From assembly GCA_001029695.1 (NCBI GenBank), contig CP011211.1, positions 150,001-182,000 of the forward strand: a stretch of DNA of 32,000 nt. The letters are read 5' to 3'. A program made the position numbers and the translations under genes. The DNA is from Candidatus Saccharimonadota bacterium (lineage in GTDB: Bacteria; Patescibacteriota; Saccharimonadia; Saccharimonadales; Saccharimonadaceae). The notes below the pieces were generated by a model. It was not told the origin of the DNA. It was given only the letters and a program-made list of their open reading frames with translations, and did not search any database. Below, in pieces: positions 31,268 to 32,000 of the stretch (position 1 is its first letter; every line of letters starts with the position of its first letter).

Positions 31268-32000
31268 CTACTCTGCGATGTCGAGGATCTCTTCGACTTC
31301 AACTTCCGTAATAACTTCCTCAGGAGTATTAACAATCGCACCAGTTCCCACAGGGATCTTACGTCCGATGATAACATTCTCCTTGAGTCCGTGAAGACGG
31401 TCAGCGCGTCCACTTGTTGCTGCGCTAATCAAGACACGAGTCGTATCTTGGAATGACGCTGCAGAAAGCCAACTATCGCTCCAGATCGATACCTTCGTGA
31501 TACCGAGGAGTAGCTGCGTATACTGCACAAGTTCTTGGCCGCGTGCCGCGAGTTCTGCGTTTGCATCGACGACTGCAGCTTTTGATACGATATCGCCAGT
31601 TACAAACGTGCTCTCGCCTGGATCTTCCACCTGAACACGACTGAACATCTGTCGCACAATGATCTCAAGGTGCTTGTCAGCAACATCTTGACCCTGTGCC
31701 GCATAGATGCGCAGTACTTCGTTAATGATGTAACGTTGAGTCGCCTCAGTACCCTTAAGTCGCATGAGATCATGCAAGTTCAGTGATCCGATAGTGAGAC
31801 GATCACCCGCCTCAACCTGATCATTCGCTCGAACAACAAGTTGCGTGTTGCCTGGAATCTCGTAACGTACTGGTGCGCCTGCGTTTGCAGCAAGTACCAA
31901 TGTGTCTTCAGCAACCTCTACGACACCATCAAATGGCGCAACGAGCGGTCGAGCTTCACCTTCGCTTGATGCAAGAACGTCACCAACCTTTACATTACTT
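31268..32000 (-). CDS. rpoC: RNA polymerase beta' subunit, C-terminal part; the 5' end lies beyond the window
   Basis: The frame is open to position 32000. …SAASFQDTTRVLISAATSGRADRLHGLKENVIIGRKIPVGTG… is the conserved beta' C-terminal region. Confidence 0.95.
   Translation of the reverse strand, partial: SNVKVGDVLASSEGEARPLVAPFDGVVEVAEDTLVLAANAGAPVRYEIPGNTQLVVRANDQVEAGDRLTIGSLNLHDLMRLKGTEATQRYIINEVLRIYAAQGQDVADKHLEIIVRQMFSRVQVEDPGESTFVTGDIVSKAAVVDANAELAARGQELVQYTQLLLGITKVSIWSDSWLSAASFQDTTRVLISAATSGRADRLHGLKENVIIGRKIPVGTGAIVNTPEEVITEVEVEEILDIAE

Noticed and set aside
1-32000. Searched the intergenic regions by eye for tRNA/rRNA genes, IS elements, and prophage or integrase signatures
   Set aside because: I found no tRNA-like T-arm (GGTTCGAATCC type), no rRNA-like sequence, and no transposase or integrase-like ORFs or terminal inverted repeats flanking the islands.

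Overview
The minus strand carries a ribosomal super-cluster from a small-genome bacterium. Gene order in the transcription direction is rpoC(3' part) | rpsL-rpsG | fusA | tuf | rpsJ | rplC-rplD-rplW-rplB-rpsS-rplV-rpsC-rplP-rpmC-rpsQ-rplN-rplX-rplE-rpsN-rpsH-rplF-rplR-rpsE-rplO-secY | infA-rpmJ(5' part). rpmD (L30) is absent between rpsE and rplO, L36 has no Cys ligands, and adk/map are missing. These traits fit a CPR/Patescibacteria (Saccharibacteria-like) origin, but I cannot confirm that without a database search.

The main feature is that every '|' above is an insertion. About 16.2 kb of the 32 kb is accessory DNA sitting at six junctions that are normally tight. Each conserved fragment appears to have its own sigma70-like promoter and hairpin terminator, as read by eye.

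The most unusual content is two arrays of nine small ORFs (59-133 aa) on the plus strand, head-on to the ribosomal genes, on both sides of a monocistronic rpsJ.
- Eight of the nine have a TTGNNN-N17-TATANT-type promoter (two of them start ATGACA) and six of the nine have a clear SD; all nine are followed by a hairpin.
- Two are clear tandem paralogs that share a TCATCA-N6-TGATGA palindrome at the same leader position.
- Four share a C-terminal [FS]YD motif.
- Four end in a conserved 45-50 nt 3' module.
- I recognise no domain in any of them.

Other islands:
- fusA-tuf: an orphan 145 aa / 10-TM 357 aa / acidic 224 aa operon.
- rpoC-rpsL: a coupled 64 aa + 112 aa pair followed by two long hairpins.
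- rpsG-fusA: SDR, YggT-like and YajQ genes converging on a 7-TM / PAP2 / DAG-kinase-like operon.
- rpsJ-rplC: a VanY-type peptidase and two small membrane proteins.
- secY-infA: a sortase and a 139 aa orphan where adk/map usually sit.

I saw no tRNA, rRNA, CRISPR array, transposase or integrase. All promoter, terminator and start-site calls are manual readings, and no homology search was possible.
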